Source: a virus
Reading direction: 5' to 3' (one strand)
Virus record (IMG/VR): IMGVR_UViG_3300005293_000009
Span: 2,416-66,415 of that record
Length of the DNA stretch: 64,000 nt
Shown piece after piece: positions 50,176 through 61,700 of the stretch; the first letter of the stretch is position 1; each line of letters starts with the position of its first letter. The position numbers and the translations under genes are program-made. The notes below the pieces were generated by a model, which was not told the origin of the DNA, did no database searches, and saw only the letters and a list, made by a program, of their open reading frames with translations.

Positions 50176-52348
50176 ATGGCAAGAGAAACGCGCCGGGTCC
50201 GGGTCGAAGACATCGATCCGGGCCTTGAGCAGGAGAACCCGCAGACCTGGCTTCGCATCCTGCCGTATGACGGGTGCGGTCAGTACAACGCGGATCGCAC
50301 CATGCGGTACATCAACTGGTGCGACCCGGACGATGACGATGAGTACCCGGTACAGCACGGACAATGGTACCCGGTCGGCACACTGATACCGCTTGACTTC
50401 TACGTCTAGACCCTGTAAGCTGTAAGTACAAGCCAACCGAAGGGAAATCGAAATGGCAACGTACACAGACGACATTGACCCGGAGGGCCGCTTCTGGGTC
50501 CACGACACCGTGACGGACGATCAGCCGGATGTCGGCATGCCGTTCGGTGAAGCGACGGTCGGGATCGTGGACGAGCACGAGGGCGGTGTGGTGCTGTACT
50601 GCCACGAGGCTTCCGCGCCGTCCATCCTCAAAATGCTCCGCCGATCAGCCGCACCGGGAAAGCTGGTGTTTCAGGGCGCAATCGTGGACACGCACCAGGA
50701 GCTTCCCGAGTCCGAGCGGTTCGTCACGGTCTGGGGCGAGACGGAGTGGTTCGAGCGCGTCAAGCTCGCGCGGTTCGAGTAAACAGCACGCCGCCTCCGG
50801 GCGGCTTTGCTGTTTAGTGCCGATCCTCTTGCGTGCGGATGCGGCTTGACATTGGCGTGCGGATGCGATACGCTTGAGGTACATCGAGGGAAGGGAACCC
50901 CATGAAGGAATACCAAGTCAGCCTGAGCCTGCCGGTCGAAGCGCTGGACGTTGCGGGCGCGGTCGCAGAGTTTCGCTGGGACGTGGCGAACGGGCCTGCC
51001 TATGTGTACGGCGTGGATACGGGCGAGGAACTGCTGAGCTACGACTCGGAGACTCGCACCGCTACCGCTGGCGCACGGATCGACAAGGGCGCGCTTGACG
51101 CGCTCGCGGATCGCGTGCTTGACCGTGCGGACGTGGACGAGACAGGCTACCTCATCGCGGGCGCGGATGAGGTTCGCGACATCCTCCGTGACGAGCTTTA
51201 CAAGCTGCTCGGCATGGTGTAGGCTAGAGCCATGGGACAGACACAGACCACCAAGCTCGCCGGTAGCCTCGCGGTCGGGGATCGCATCCTCTGGGACGGC
51301 GTGCCTGCAACGGTGACGTACCGCCAGAACTACCGGGTGGCGATGCTCCCCGGCGTGCAGACCGAACTCATGGTGCAGGGCGAGAACTTCACCGCCGCGA
51401 CCACGATCAACGCGGGCGATGCGGTCGTCATGGCAGACGAGCCGTGTGCCAAGTGCGCGAACGGGATGCATCGCGGGGTGCTCGCGTGACGCTCGGAGAT
51501 GAGGCGCAGAAGTACGCCGACCTCGCAACGGGCGCGCTCGAAGAGTCGAAGCGCCGGTCAGACCCCCGCGAAGCCGACCGAGACATCGCACGCGCGGCAG
51601 TCTACGCGCAACTGGCTCGCGCCGCGCAGAGTTGACAGCTTGCCGCCGATGCGGTAAGCTCGAAGTATCACAACGACAACCGAGAAGGGAAATCTCATGC
51701 TCAACCTCTACTCCACCCCCTCACACATCGAGGCACCGGACTTCGGCAAGTACTTCGGGCGTGACGGTCTGGGATACCAGGCCTACGCGGAAGCGGAACA
51801 GGCGTACATCGACGCGCTGAAAGCGTGGGCGAAGAAGCTCGCACCGGCATCGCCCATCGCTGGCGAGCTTGTCAGCATGCCCTACGCGGACGGTGCCGCG
51901 CTGTACATCATCGTGCAGTCGTCGGGCAAGCACGGACTCATGCCGGTGCCGGTCGGGGACGCCTGGCGCGACCCGAACTTCGAGCAGTACGCAACGGTCG
52001 CCGCACTGAAAGACATGGTGGCGCGGAACCGACGCTTCGAGAAGGCGCGGGCGCGCGTTTGACACTCTGAACGTGAGGGTGTAGTCTGGGGACATGGCAA
52101 ACGAACCGGACTACATCCTCACGATCAAGATGTCCAAGCACGGCGCGGAGGACGCGCTGGAGAAGTTCGACGGCTGGGAGGGCACGCGGCACATCGCGAG
52201 CGTCCCGGACGATGACGGTGCGCGCATCGTCACAATCTGGCATGTGCCGAACGCAACCGTAGGCGCGGGGATCATCCTCTCATGCGGAGGCTGGATCGAT
52301 GACCTCGTTTGGGGAGACTACCGTCTCATCCCGAATCGGCGTCTGTAG
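50176..52348 (+). CDS. Seven small hypothetical genes (50176-50409, 50453-50782, 50902-51222, 51232-51489, 51486-51635, 51697-52062, 52094-52348)
   Basis: Most have their own TTGAC-17-TAnnnT promoter, with either a leaderless start or a GAAGGGAA leader. Confidence 0.6.
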
Positions 52349-52565
52349 TGGCGCGCGTCATCGACCCCAGCACAGGGGAGGACGTGCGGACGTGTGCCGG
52401 ATGCGGCATCGACCATGATGCGGAAGGCTTGACGTGCTTCAACGCGCGGGACTTGTGCATCGACTGTTGTGGCGAGACTCACTGAAAGGCCCTCCGGGGC
52501 GAACGCAAGAGTATGGGCACTAAACGTGCAACGCGAAAGGGCACCCTCTCGGATGCCCTTTCGGA

Positions 52566-52730
52566 TCAGTTGGCGAACAGAACCTTGCGCTTGTCGATCC
52601 AATCGACTACGCGGGCCTCTCCAGCGGGGCGACCCTTGAGCCAAGTGCGGGATGCCGCTTCGGTTCCCCGCGCGTAATCCAGCCATTCCCCATCAACGAG
52701 AATCTGTCCGAGATATTCTTCCAGTTCCAT
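52566..52730 (-). CDS. Small hypothetical protein (MELEEYLGQ...)
   Basis: Minus-strand TTGACA(52787)-17-TAGTAT promoter; AGGGAGAG leader. Confidence 0.65.
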   Translation of the reverse strand: MELEEYLGQILVDGEWLDYARGTEAASRTWLKGRPAGEARVVDWIDKRKVLFAN

Positions 52731-52870
52731 TTTCTCTCCCTTTTGACTTGTTACTTCGATACTACAGGAAAGAATGCGGAATGTCAAACTAAGAATCTTC
52801 GGATTCTGGCTTGCAATGCCGTGCGGATGGGTGTAGGCTGGCTTTAGACAGACAGGGAAGGGAACCTAAA

Positions 52871-53488
52871 ATGTCAAACCTCCACACCCGCCACATCACG
52901 GCGGTTTTCCGCACGGCGGATGCCGACCTCATTGCGGAAGGCATCGACTGGTACGCGGACGCGCGCCGCGTTGCGGACGCTTACGCGGTCAAGTACAACG
53001 TGCCGGTGTCGGTCGCGGCTGGCGTGCTCGCGGCGCTCTCGCCCCTCAATTCGTGGGGGAACAACGTCAACCTCGCGGGGCGCATGCTCGCGTCGGGCGG
53101 GACCCTTGAGCGCGGATATCTCAAGGCGAACCTCGCAAAGGCGCGGGCGATCATGGCTACGGGATCACTTGAGCCTTTGGGCGGGCTCAAGGTGAACAAC
53201 TTCTACCTCTCGATCATTACGGGCGGCGCGGAAGGCGTGACGATTGATCGCCACGCATGGTGCATCGCGCACAACGATCGTTCGCGGACAAACTCGATCC
53301 CGAAACTCTCGCCTAAGGCGTACGCGGAGATTGCCGAGCGCTACCGCCGTGCGGCTGTAATCCTCTCGAAAGAGTACGGCATGCCGCTCTCGCCCGCCGT
53401 GGTACAGGCGGTAACGTGGGTTGTCTGGCGTCGGCGGTACTGGGGCGCGGGCGCGTTTGACACTTACAACGTGGATGATGTAAACTAG
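52871..53488 (+). CDS. DNA-glycosylase-fold-like protein (DUF7178-like), paralog 1
   Basis: GIDWY, LAALSP..SW..N, K..NFY, TIDRHA, QAVTW. Confidence 0.55.
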   Translation: MSNLHTRHITAVFRTADADLIAEGIDWYADARRVADAYAVKYNVPVSVAAGVLAALSPLNSWGNNVNLAGRMLASGGTLERGYLKANLAKARAIMATGSLEPLGGLKVNNFYLSIITGGAEGVTIDRHAWCIAHNDRSRTNSIPKLSPKAYAEIAERYRRAAVILSKEYGMPLSPAVVQAVTWVVWRRRYWGAGAFDTYNVDDVN

Positions 53489-53492
53489 ATCC

Positions 53493-53735
53493 ATGGTTGT
53501 TATCTCATTCTTCATTTTCGCCGGGGTTATAGGTTTCGTGACCTATAACCTCGGACGTGCGCGCCGCATGAATCATGGTCTCAAGCATCGCCCGGATGAC
53601 TACGCGGTGAACCTCCAGACAGGCGAGATAATCGAACGCGGTTCGGCAGCGTGGAACCTCGCATGCCGTGAGGGTAACCTCGCGACAACCCTACAGCCCC
53701 AGAATGGCGCGCGGAAAGGTGTGACGTTCGAATGA
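53493..53735 (+). CDS. Small membrane-anchored protein
   Basis: N-terminal hydrophobic helix. Confidence 0.55.
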   Translation: MVVISFFIFAGVIGFVTYNLGRARRMNHGLKHRPDDYAVNLQTGEIIERGSAAWNLACREGNLATTLQPQNGARKGVTFE

Positions 53736-53956
53736 TCACAGTGTGGACTCAAGCGGGATGCGGGCCGTGCTACGCGCTCAAGCGGGCGCTCAAGGGCATT
53801 ACGTACCTTGAGCGGGATGCCGCTAGCGCGGACGCCGGTAGGCTCGCGTACTGGCGCGCTCAAGGCTGGCAGACGCCTATCGTAGAGCATGCGGGCGGGA
53901 CGTTCGGGGGTTTCGATCCCGCGAAGGTTCGCGCGCTCGCGGACGCGCGCCGATAG
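53732..53956 (+). CDS. NrdH-like glutaredoxin
   Basis: VWTQAGCGPC, QTPIV, GGFDP. Confidence 0.8.
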   Translation: MITVWTQAGCGPCYALKRALKGITYLERDAASADAGRLAYWRAQGWQTPIVEHAGGTFGGFDPAKVRALADARR

Positions 53957-54104
53957 CGCCCCCCTACGGGGACACGCAAGAGTTTGACCACTAAACCCGC
54001 GCCGAGATTTCTCGCGCGAGTTTCGCATTTCGTGTTGCGGTTTGGCGCGGACCATGCTAAGCTAGCTTTAGCAAGACAGAGAGAAACTAAACAGGGAGAA
54101 GCAC

Positions 54105-55237
54105 ATGAACGTTATCGAGATTGTCTACACTGTCGCTCAGATCGCGGTGGGGAACCTCTACATGTGGGATGCGCCGGGAAACCTCACCTTCAAGGTTGTG
54201 GGGCTTCACCCGGCTCCGGATGCCGCTTTCGCCGGTAACAGGATCGCCCCGTTCGCGGACGTTATCTGGTCCGATGACAATGGGAAGGTCACCACGATGA
54301 ACCTCCAGAGCATCGCCTCGGGCGTGCGGATCGGGCAGATCATCCCGACAGACTGAACGCGGGGGAGCTACGGCTCCCCCGCTTTCGTTTGCCCGTTTAG
54401 TGCCCATATGCTTACGTGCTCCGGACGTGCGGCGCGTGCCGCGAGCATGCGGCAGGGGTTATCAATCTGTTACCAAAGTCATGCGGTTTCGGGTTTGCAA
54501 TGACGCCGGATGCGTGTATAGTAGTAATTACAGAGGGACACCCAGTAAGGGACTCCCCAGAACAGGAAGGTTAGTCATCATGGCTACCACCACGAAAGAT
54601 CGCCGCAACGCCGCTCGCAAGCCGGGGCTCAACGTCACGAACGACGCCGCGCTCCACGCCCTTGTGAATCGCCACAAGGAACTCAAGGCAATCGAGCGCG
54701 CCGCCGCCGAGGCTGAGCGCGAGCGCAAGGGCATCGAGTCCGAACTTCGTGCCGCCATGGGTGACGAAGAGCAGATCGTCGTGCGCGGTGTCGTCATCGC
54801 TCGCCTGTCGTCCGAGCGCAAGACGCAGAAGATCGACAGGGACACGCTCCGCAACGTCTTCCCCGAGGCCTACAGCGCGGTTGTGTCCTACGCGCCGTAT
54901 CGCTACATCGAGGTCCTGTAGCCTCACACAGAAAGCCCCCGGCCCTTGCGGTCGGGGGTTTTCTAGTGTAAGCTATGAGTAACAGACAAGGGAGGCCACA
55001 ATGGCTATCAACACGGCAGGATACCACGTCGCAGGAATCGCGCGGGCGTCACGCATGAACCCCTCGCCCCGCTATGAGGCGCGGGTGTACGTCATGCGCC
55101 ATGAGGCGGATGAGCGGCACATCGTGATCGACGCCGAGCTAGGCAAGATCGTGAAGCGGTTCCGCGACACTGAGACAGCGTGGATGGACGCCGAGCGCTG
55201 GGCGAACGACTACGCCGACAAGGTGCACGCGGAGTAG
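54105..55237 (+). CDS. Three hypothetical genes (54105-54356, 54580-54921, 55001-55237)
   Basis: Each has a promoter/RBS and a downstream hairpin. Confidence 0.6.
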
Positions 55238-55319
55238 GGCGCGGGGCTTCGGCCCCAAACCCAGCAACACGCAAGAGTAGCGCCGCTAAACGCGGGAAAA
55301 ACTGCCGGTAGAACCACTT

Positions 55320-55550
55320 AGGGGGAGAGTGCGCTAACACTCTCCCCTTGCATCCTCCGGTTCGGATTCACCACTCACGGGTTTCACCTGCCAGGGCCGT
55401 TGGACACCCCTTAGCGTTGGCCGATATTTAGTTATTGTGCATGTTAGGGTGTGGACTCTTTGGCGGTCGCACTTACCCCTACGGGGACTCGAATTCCTAG
55501 GCTCACGGACTGAACGCCCGGTCTTGCTGTGATCTTCGCCCTTTTGGTTG
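55320..55550 (-). ncRNA. Candidate ~230-nt non-coding RNA
   Basis: Minus-strand TTGACA(55585)-18-TAAGCT; no credible ORF; ends at hairpin GGGGAGAGTG..CACTCTCCCC. Confidence 0.55.
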
Positions 55551-55673
55551 TCACCAGCTTATCATGGTTGCGGAGCGTATGTCAACTTCAATCTCATCCA
55601 ATTTCAGATTTGTTTTCGCGCCAGAGTATGCTAAGCTTGCCGTAGGCAGAACAACAGAGAGAAAGGAACTGCC

Positions 55674-55883
55674 ATGAACGAGGACTTCGAGTCGGAGCTT
55701 TACGACGAGGGCTTCCTGGACGACATTGAGTCGTTCTCGGACACGTCCCTCGATGACGAGGACGAGGACTGGGACGACGAGGACGAGCCCGAGTACGATG
55801 ACGCGGACTACTGGGACGAGCGCCAGGCCGCGTACGACGACGAGTGGCCCGACCCGCTGGAACTTCCGAGCTACGGGTCGTAG
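55674..55883 (+). CDS. Extremely acidic small protein
   Basis: About half of the residues are D/E; leader AACAGAGAGAAAGGA. Confidence 0.7.
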   Translation: MNEDFESELYDEGFLDDIESFSDTSLDDEDEDWDDEDEPEYDDADYWDERQAAYDDEWPDPLELPSYGS

Positions 55884-56015
55884 CGCATAGCCCCAGGTTT
55901 TCAACGCCGGTACTACTCCGGGACCTGGGGCTTCGTGCTGCCCGGTTTAGTGGCGAGACTCTTGCGTTGCGCTGCTCGCGCCGCAAATGACAACAGCCCC
56001 TTTCGGGGCTGTGTG

Positions 56016-56237
56016 TCAGGCGAAGATTCCGCGTGCCGCTTCCCAGGCTTCCTGGGCTCGGGCTTCTTCCCATCCCCGGTTCTCGTAGTAGCGTTCTACT
56101 GCGAGTTCTGCCTGAACCTCAGCGTACGATTCTTCGGCATCCGGGAGGTATTCGCAAATCTGCGCGAAGGTGAATGTAACGCCGGGGCGAATCAGGCCGC
56201 AACGCTTAGCGCGGGCGATGATATCCATGGGGTTCAT
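56016..56237 (-). CDS. Hypothetical protein
   Basis: Minus-strand promoter; AACAGAGAGACAGGGA leader. Confidence 0.65.
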   Translation of the reverse strand: MNPMDIIARAKRCGLIRPGVTFTFAQICEYLPDAEESYAEVQAELAVERYYENRGWEEARAQEAWEAARGIFA

Positions 56238-56426
56238 TTCGTTCCCTGTCTCTCTGTTTAGTTTCTGTCTTGCTGTATATCTATACTCTACAGCACAATG
56301 CCGCGAGAGTCAAGCCGAGATTCAAGAAAAAAACTTTCCGTTCTAGGTTGACACGTTGCCAGGCATAGGGTAATGTTGTACTTACAAGGGCAGAGAGCCC
56401 CAAACCACAACAGGAAGAGAAACATC

Positions 56427-56747
56427 ATGCGTACCACCCTCAACATCAAGCACTCGTCCCCCGCCGACCTCGCCCGCGCGCTCCGCTCCGCCGCCGCGAA
56501 GATCGATGCCGGTGACATCACGCCCGGTGCGGACATCACGGTCGGAAGCGTCCGCGTGCAGGTCGCGGTCCCGCAGGAGTCGGAGAAGCGCGCGTGGGCG
56601 CGTGCCAATGGCTACCCGGTCGGTTCGCGCGGTCGCTACTCGAAGGCCCTCGAAGAGGCCTACGCCGCGCACGTCGCGTCGGAGAAGGCCGCACGCGCCG
56701 CAGAGCGCAAGGCCGCACGCGCCGCGAAGGCCCTTGTCAGCGCCTAG
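56427..56747 (+). CDS. Lsr2-like DNA-binding protein
   Basis: RAWARANGYPVGSRGR AT-hook-like motif. Confidence 0.8.
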   Translation: MRTTLNIKHSSPADLARALRSAAAKIDAGDITPGADITVGSVRVQVAVPQESEKRAWARANGYPVGSRGRYSKALEEAYAAHVASEKAARAAERKAARAAKALVSA

Positions 56748-56833
56748 CGCTCGCGGAAGGTCCCGCTAAGAATCCCCCGGCAAATCGCCGGGGGTTTCTT
56801 GCATTCCCCGCAGAACTATGGTAGGCTTACAGC

Positions 56834-57210
56834 ATGGACATTACGACACCCTGCCACGGCCTACCCCCGCAGATTGACTATGCGTTCGAGGGTCGCGCGT
56901 ACATGCAAGAGCGGGTAGTTGACGGCTTTGGGTGCCCTGCCCCCGGATGCTATCTATCCTGGGATGCCCAAGGCAAAGCGCAATAGCGCTTGACACAATG
57001 GAAAAAGCCTGATAGGCTATAGACATAGGGAGAGAGGCTCCCAGGGAAGAGGGAATCATGCTCAAGGTCATCGCCACCGGGATCGCGACCGACTACGCCT
57101 TTGAGGCGGAGTTCGCGGAGGCGGCGGCTGAGGATGCCCTCCGCGACTGGTACGCGGACGCGGCGAACTGGCCGCGCTGGGACCACGAAGAGGGGAAGTG
57201 GGACCTGTAG
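56834..57210 (+). CDS. Two 50-aa genes (56834-56986, 57058-57210), not in ORF track
   Basis: TAGGCT-6-ATG at 56834; TTGACA promoter and GGGA RBS for 57058. Confidence 0.55.
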
Positions 57211-57533
57211 GGTCCCCGCCCCTCGCGGGCCAGCACGCAAGAGTCTGCCCACTAAACAGAAGAGCCGCGACCCTCGCGGATCGCGGCGTTCCGTGCCGCC
57301 GAGCGCGTGCGCGCTCGCTGTGTGCGGCTGTCGGCGTGCGGACTGGTCCGGGAGCCTTTCCGGAGTTCCTGCATCGCGCGGTACTGGGCTGTCGGCTCAT
57401 TCTTGCGCTTGCTCATACTGAAAGCTTAGCACACTCTCGCGAGGATGCAAGACAAAAGTTTTTTTAGTTTGAGCTTGCATTCTCGCTGGAACCTGATAAG
57501 CTTGCTATCAAGAGCAAGAGAGAGGAACCCCAA

Positions 57534-58145
57534 ATGCTCAACACCATCCCCACCCCCGCGCACATCGTCGCGGCGTTCCACGCCATTGATGACCTGGCTG
57601 ACGTGTCGGCAGGCATCGCATGGTATGAGGATGCCTACGGCATGGCTGAGACGCTGGGCGTCGTCTACGGGTGCACTACGGCACAGGCGGCAGGCATCAT
57701 CGCCGCGCTGAGCCCTCAGCAGGGCTGGGCGCAGAACGTCAAGGCGGCAGAGAAATTCCTCGCCACGGGCGCGCGTGTGCACACTGAGAGCAACATGGGC
57801 AAGTGCCGTCGCATCCTCGCGGGTGAGGACATTCTGAAAGTGCTCAACGCACCTAAGACCCAGAATTTCTACCTGGGAATTGTGAGCATGGGCGTTCAGG
57901 GCGTGTGCATTGATCGGCACGCGCTTGATATCGCCCTGGGCGTCCGCCACACTGACGCCTCGCGCCCTGCCATTGGCGCGCGTCTCTACGTCACCGCCGC
58001 ACAGGCCTACAGGGACGCCGCTGAGGCCCTGAACGCTGAGGGTGTGGTAATCACCCCGGCAGAGCTTCAGAGCGTCACCTGGGCCGCACACGTCCCCGTG
58101 TGGTCGGGCGTCAAGACGGGTGAGCCGGTCGCGCTGAGCTACTGA
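57534..58145 (+). CDS. DNA-glycosylase-fold-like protein (DUF7178-like), paralog 2
   Basis: GIAWY, IAALSP..GW..N, K..NFY, CIDRHA, QSVTW. Confidence 0.55.
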   Translation: MLNTIPTPAHIVAAFHAIDDLADVSAGIAWYEDAYGMAETLGVVYGCTTAQAAGIIAALSPQQGWAQNVKAAEKFLATGARVHTESNMGKCRRILAGEDILKVLNAPKTQNFYLGIVSMGVQGVCIDRHALDIALGVRHTDASRPAIGARLYVTAAQAYRDAAEALNAEGVVITPAELQSVTWAAHVPVWSGVKTGEPVALSY

Positions 58146-58249
58146 GGCAAGGCAAGCGCCCTAGAATCTCTCAGAGAATCTAGGGCGTTTGACTTGACAG
58201 AATGGCGCGGCATGCCTTATGCTTGTACTAACAGGGAGAGAGGAACCCC

Positions 58250-59305
58250 ATGGACATCACTCACGAAGACTACTGCGACTGCGGTGACGCGCAGGCTTGC
58301 GCAGAGCGCGAGGCGGAGGCGCACAAGGGCCTCGCGCACGCGGACCCGGTGTGGGTCGCGAGCATCAGCCGCTAGCGGGAGGGGCTGGGCCTACGGGCTC
58401 AGCCCTTTTACCGGCCCCGGCACACGCAAGAGTATCGGCACTAAACTGGGCGGAAATTAGTTTCCATTTCGGTTTGACATATGCCCCCGGCATGCTATAG
58501 ACTGTAAGTAACGAGGGAGAGGAACCCCAGAATGGCCGCAACAATCGCCGCAGAGTCGGCACTCGACAACCTGATCGAAGAGGAATGGTTTGACGCTGAG
58601 GGCATCCTGATCAATCGGACGGATGACGGCGCGATCATCGTCTGGTGCGACCGGGAAGTCTACTACATCAGTAGCGAGGGTTTCATCAGCCGCCGCGACT
58701 TCAAGGGTGGACCCCAGCGGGTCATCCTGTAAAAACTAGAGTGGCCTGGGGGTTTGACTCCCAGGCCATTCTGGTGTAGACTACTAGTAACGAGGGAGAG
58801 GAACCCTAATGGACCTGAACGCACTGGATCGCTGGATCACCGGCAACGACGGCATGGATCAGTACGAGGATTGCCCCTGCGGCGATGAGGAATGCGATGG
58901 GGAGCACGAGGATGATCGTGACTTCGACAGCATGCCGGGAGGCGCGGACTACGAGGACTGGGAGCCGTTCTTCCCTGAGGACTGAGAGGGAGGGGTTCGC
59001 CCCTCCCTCTCCCGTTTAGTGCCTGTACTCTTACGTGATCCGGTTTCCGCTTTTTATGGGATTCCCGATTGTACTTTGTCCCCCGTATGGTGTATGCTGT
59101 AACTATGAACGAAGACCTGGTGCAGACTCAGCCCATCCTCATCATCCCCCCGCGTCCCGCGCTCCCCGCGCGCGTGCGGACGCGCAAGCGTGTGAACATG
59201 CCGCTGTGGGGATTCATGCTTACGCTCTTCGGCGCGCAGGCTGTGGGCGGAGTCGCCACAATCATCGGGATTGTGGCTCTGGCTTTGACATTCGGTTCAA
59301 ACTAG
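58250..59305 (+). CDS. Four small genes (58250-58375, 58532-58732, 58809-58985 acidic, 59105-59305 membrane)
   Basis: Own promoters; GGGAGAGGAACCC leaders on the first three. Confidence 0.6.
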
Positions 59306-59341
59306 AGTACGATAGTACTAACAGAGAGAAGGGAAGCCCCA

Positions 59342-59650
59342 ATGGCTACTCAGACGGCAATCATCCTCGGCCAGGACGGCACTGTCACGGAAGTGCAGTA
59401 CGCCGAAAAGGACTCGTACCCCACGATGCGCAACGCGGTCGGCGGCATGATCGAGTCCGTGTCCTACTGGACGAAGAACATCGACGCCTACGTGAACGAA
59501 GAGGGCCTGTACACGCCGGGACTGGAAGTGAACCCGTTCGGGCGCAAGGTCTTCGGTCAGCGCTGGATGGGCAACATCGTGATCCCCCGCGTGACGCCCA
59601 CGAAGCGCAAGCGCCTCGCGGCGATGGGCCTGCCCATCGCGCAGGCCTAG
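59342..59650 (+). CDS. DUF3846-like protein
   Basis: MRNAVGGMIESV, YVNEEGL, NP, GNIV. Confidence 0.7.
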   Translation: MATQTAIILGQDGTVTEVQYAEKDSYPTMRNAVGGMIESVSYWTKNIDAYVNEEGLYTPGLEVNPFGRKVFGQRWMGNIVIPRVTPTKRKRLAAMGLPIAQA

Positions 59651-59714
59651 CGCCTCGCACAAGCCGCCCAGATGCCGATTAGGTGTCTGGGCGGTTCTGT
59701 GTTAGAGTAGAGAT

Positions 59715-59845
59715 ATCGCAACGCGGGGCTTTGACTGTGAGACTCAGCGTGAAATCGGAGTAATAGCCTCCGGAGTATGCACCCGCTTGCGTTGGCCCTA
59801 GCCGGTCTCCCTTCCTCTCTGTTCATCCGGCTAGGGCCTCTCTCG
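59715..59845 (+). ncRNA. Candidate ~130-nt sRNA with an anti-leader loop
   Basis: Extended -10 TGnTAGAGT at 59700; no ORF; 12-bp stem 59794-59838 with loop CCTTCCTCTCTGTTC. Confidence 0.55.
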
Positions 59846-59884
59846 TTTTTGACACAGCGCTAGAGTAATGCTAGACTTGAATGT

Positions 59885-60262
59885 ATGGCCCTTCCCATCC
59901 TCGTCGGCGTAGGGGCGTTCGTGATCTTGGCGATCATGCTCGCCCTTCTTTGGACGAGCGCACGCTCTGACGAGAAGACAGACGCCGTAACGCAGGAAAT
60001 CATCATCAAGGCCAATACGGGGCCTGTCATCGTGCACGCGCCCGTTGACACAACGCAAGAGGAGGAACACTAAATGCGAAACTTCTGGAATGTAGTACGT
60101 GAAGTCGAGTGGTACGCCGTGCTATCTATTGTGCTACTAGTCATCGCGCTAGTGCTCGCCGTGCTTATCGCCGTAGGCGTTATCGCCCCTCTGCTATGGG
60201 TGCTCATTATCGTACTGACACAGGCTGCTGTGGTCGCCGCTGTACTGTCTCACCGGACTTGA
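59885..60262 (+). CDS. Two small membrane proteins (59885-60073, 60074-60262)
   Basis: One and two TM helices; RBS GGAGG. Confidence 0.6.
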
Positions 60263-60293
60263 CCCGCTAGCCGGTAGGGTGTATGCTTGTCCC

Positions 60294-60851
60294 ATGGGAC
60301 AAGCAACAGAGAAGCAGACCACGCTCATCAAGAGCCTGCTGGACGAGCGCGAAGTCGGATCGACTGAAGCGCTCATCCGTGGGGCTCTGGACTCGGGCTC
60401 GCTGGACATTCGTTCGGCGTCCGAGTTCATCACGAAACTCTTCGCCGCGCCTCGCAAGCCGAAGGCCGCGCCTGCGGAGTCGCCCTGGACGAAGGCGAAT
60501 GCCGCGCTCGCGAAGGTGGAAATCTCGTTCTACGCGATTCCGGCAGGATACGTCACGGCACAGCGTATCGACCTGTACGGCTCGGACTACCTGTTCGTGC
60601 GCGTGCGCAACTATCAGGGCAAGCGGTATATCTCGCGCGTGCACGGCGCACCTGGCTCGCCCCGGTACTCGCGTATCGACCCTGTGACGACTCTGGCGCT
60701 CGCGACCATCATGCAGGACCGTCACGTCGAGTTTGCGGCGCTCTGGCACGAGCACAGCGGGCGCTGTGGGCGTTGCAACGCGACCCTGACGGATCAGGTT
60801 TCGCGTGAAAAGGGCCTCGGGCCTGACTGCGCGAAGGTCTGGGGCCTGTAG
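60294..60851 (+). CDS. DUF6011-like zinc-finger protein
   Basis: GRCGRCNATLTDQVSREKGLGPDCA. Confidence 0.75.
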   Translation: MGQATEKQTTLIKSLLDEREVGSTEALIRGALDSGSLDIRSASEFITKLFAAPRKPKAAPAESPWTKANAALAKVEISFYAIPAGYVTAQRIDLYGSDYLFVRVRNYQGKRYISRVHGAPGSPRYSRIDPVTTLALATIMQDRHVEFAALWHEHSGRCGRCNATLTDQVSREKGLGPDCAKVWGL

Positions 60852-60910
60852 GGTTCGCATTCTCTCCCGTTGTATGCTAGGCTAGGTGCAACGGGAGAGA
60901 GGAACCCCAG

Positions 60911-61632
60911 ATGTGCACTTGCGAAAACCCCATCGCTACCGGCTCGGAGTGGTACAAGATTCCGGGCGGGCGCGAGCGGCTGTGGTGCTGCCACCTGTGC
61001 GGAGGCGACCTGCCTGCCGAGACGGAAGGCGGATACAGCGCCTCGCTGATCCAGTACTGAGCGAAGGGTGGGCCTGCGGGCTCACCCTTTTCTCTTGCCC
61101 GTTTAGCGCCCGTACTCTTGCGTGGCATTGCTGCGGCGCGCTGCCGAAACTCCCGCGAAACTCGCCACATTCTGGGTTGTACTTTGACGCGAGAGTGTGT
61201 TAGGATTGTATCAACAGAGAGAGGGAGACCATGGAAACCATCAAGGTCATCAACATCAGCCGGATCAAGAACTCGCGCAACGGGAACGCCCGGTTCGAAC
61301 TCGAACTTCAGGACGGGACGAAGCGCCAGACGGCGGCTGACTCGTCCTACGCCGCTGACGTGGAGAACGCCTATCACGCCTGGGACGGCGCGTCAGGGCT
61401 GACGGCATCCGTGGAGTACAACGGATGGGGAAAAATCACCCGCTTCGCGGTGCTTGCATTCCACAGCCGAGTATGATAGGCTGTAATCACAACAACAGAG
61501 AGGGGAGCAGAAATGCTCATCATGACGCAGGCACAGGCCGAGGACTTCGGTCTTGAGCACCTGGACATGACCAAGGTCACGATTCTTACCGAGGCCCAGA
61601 TGCAGGCCCACATCCGGAACCTGCTCGGCTAG
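60911..61632 (+). CDS. Three small genes (60911-61060, 61231-61476, 61513-61632)
   Basis: Purine-rich leaders and own promoters. Confidence 0.6.
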
Positions 61633-61700
61633 CCGCCACAGAAAACCCCCAAACCCCCAGCCGCCAGGTCGGGGGTTTTCTGTTGTAGTAGAATGGGTGC

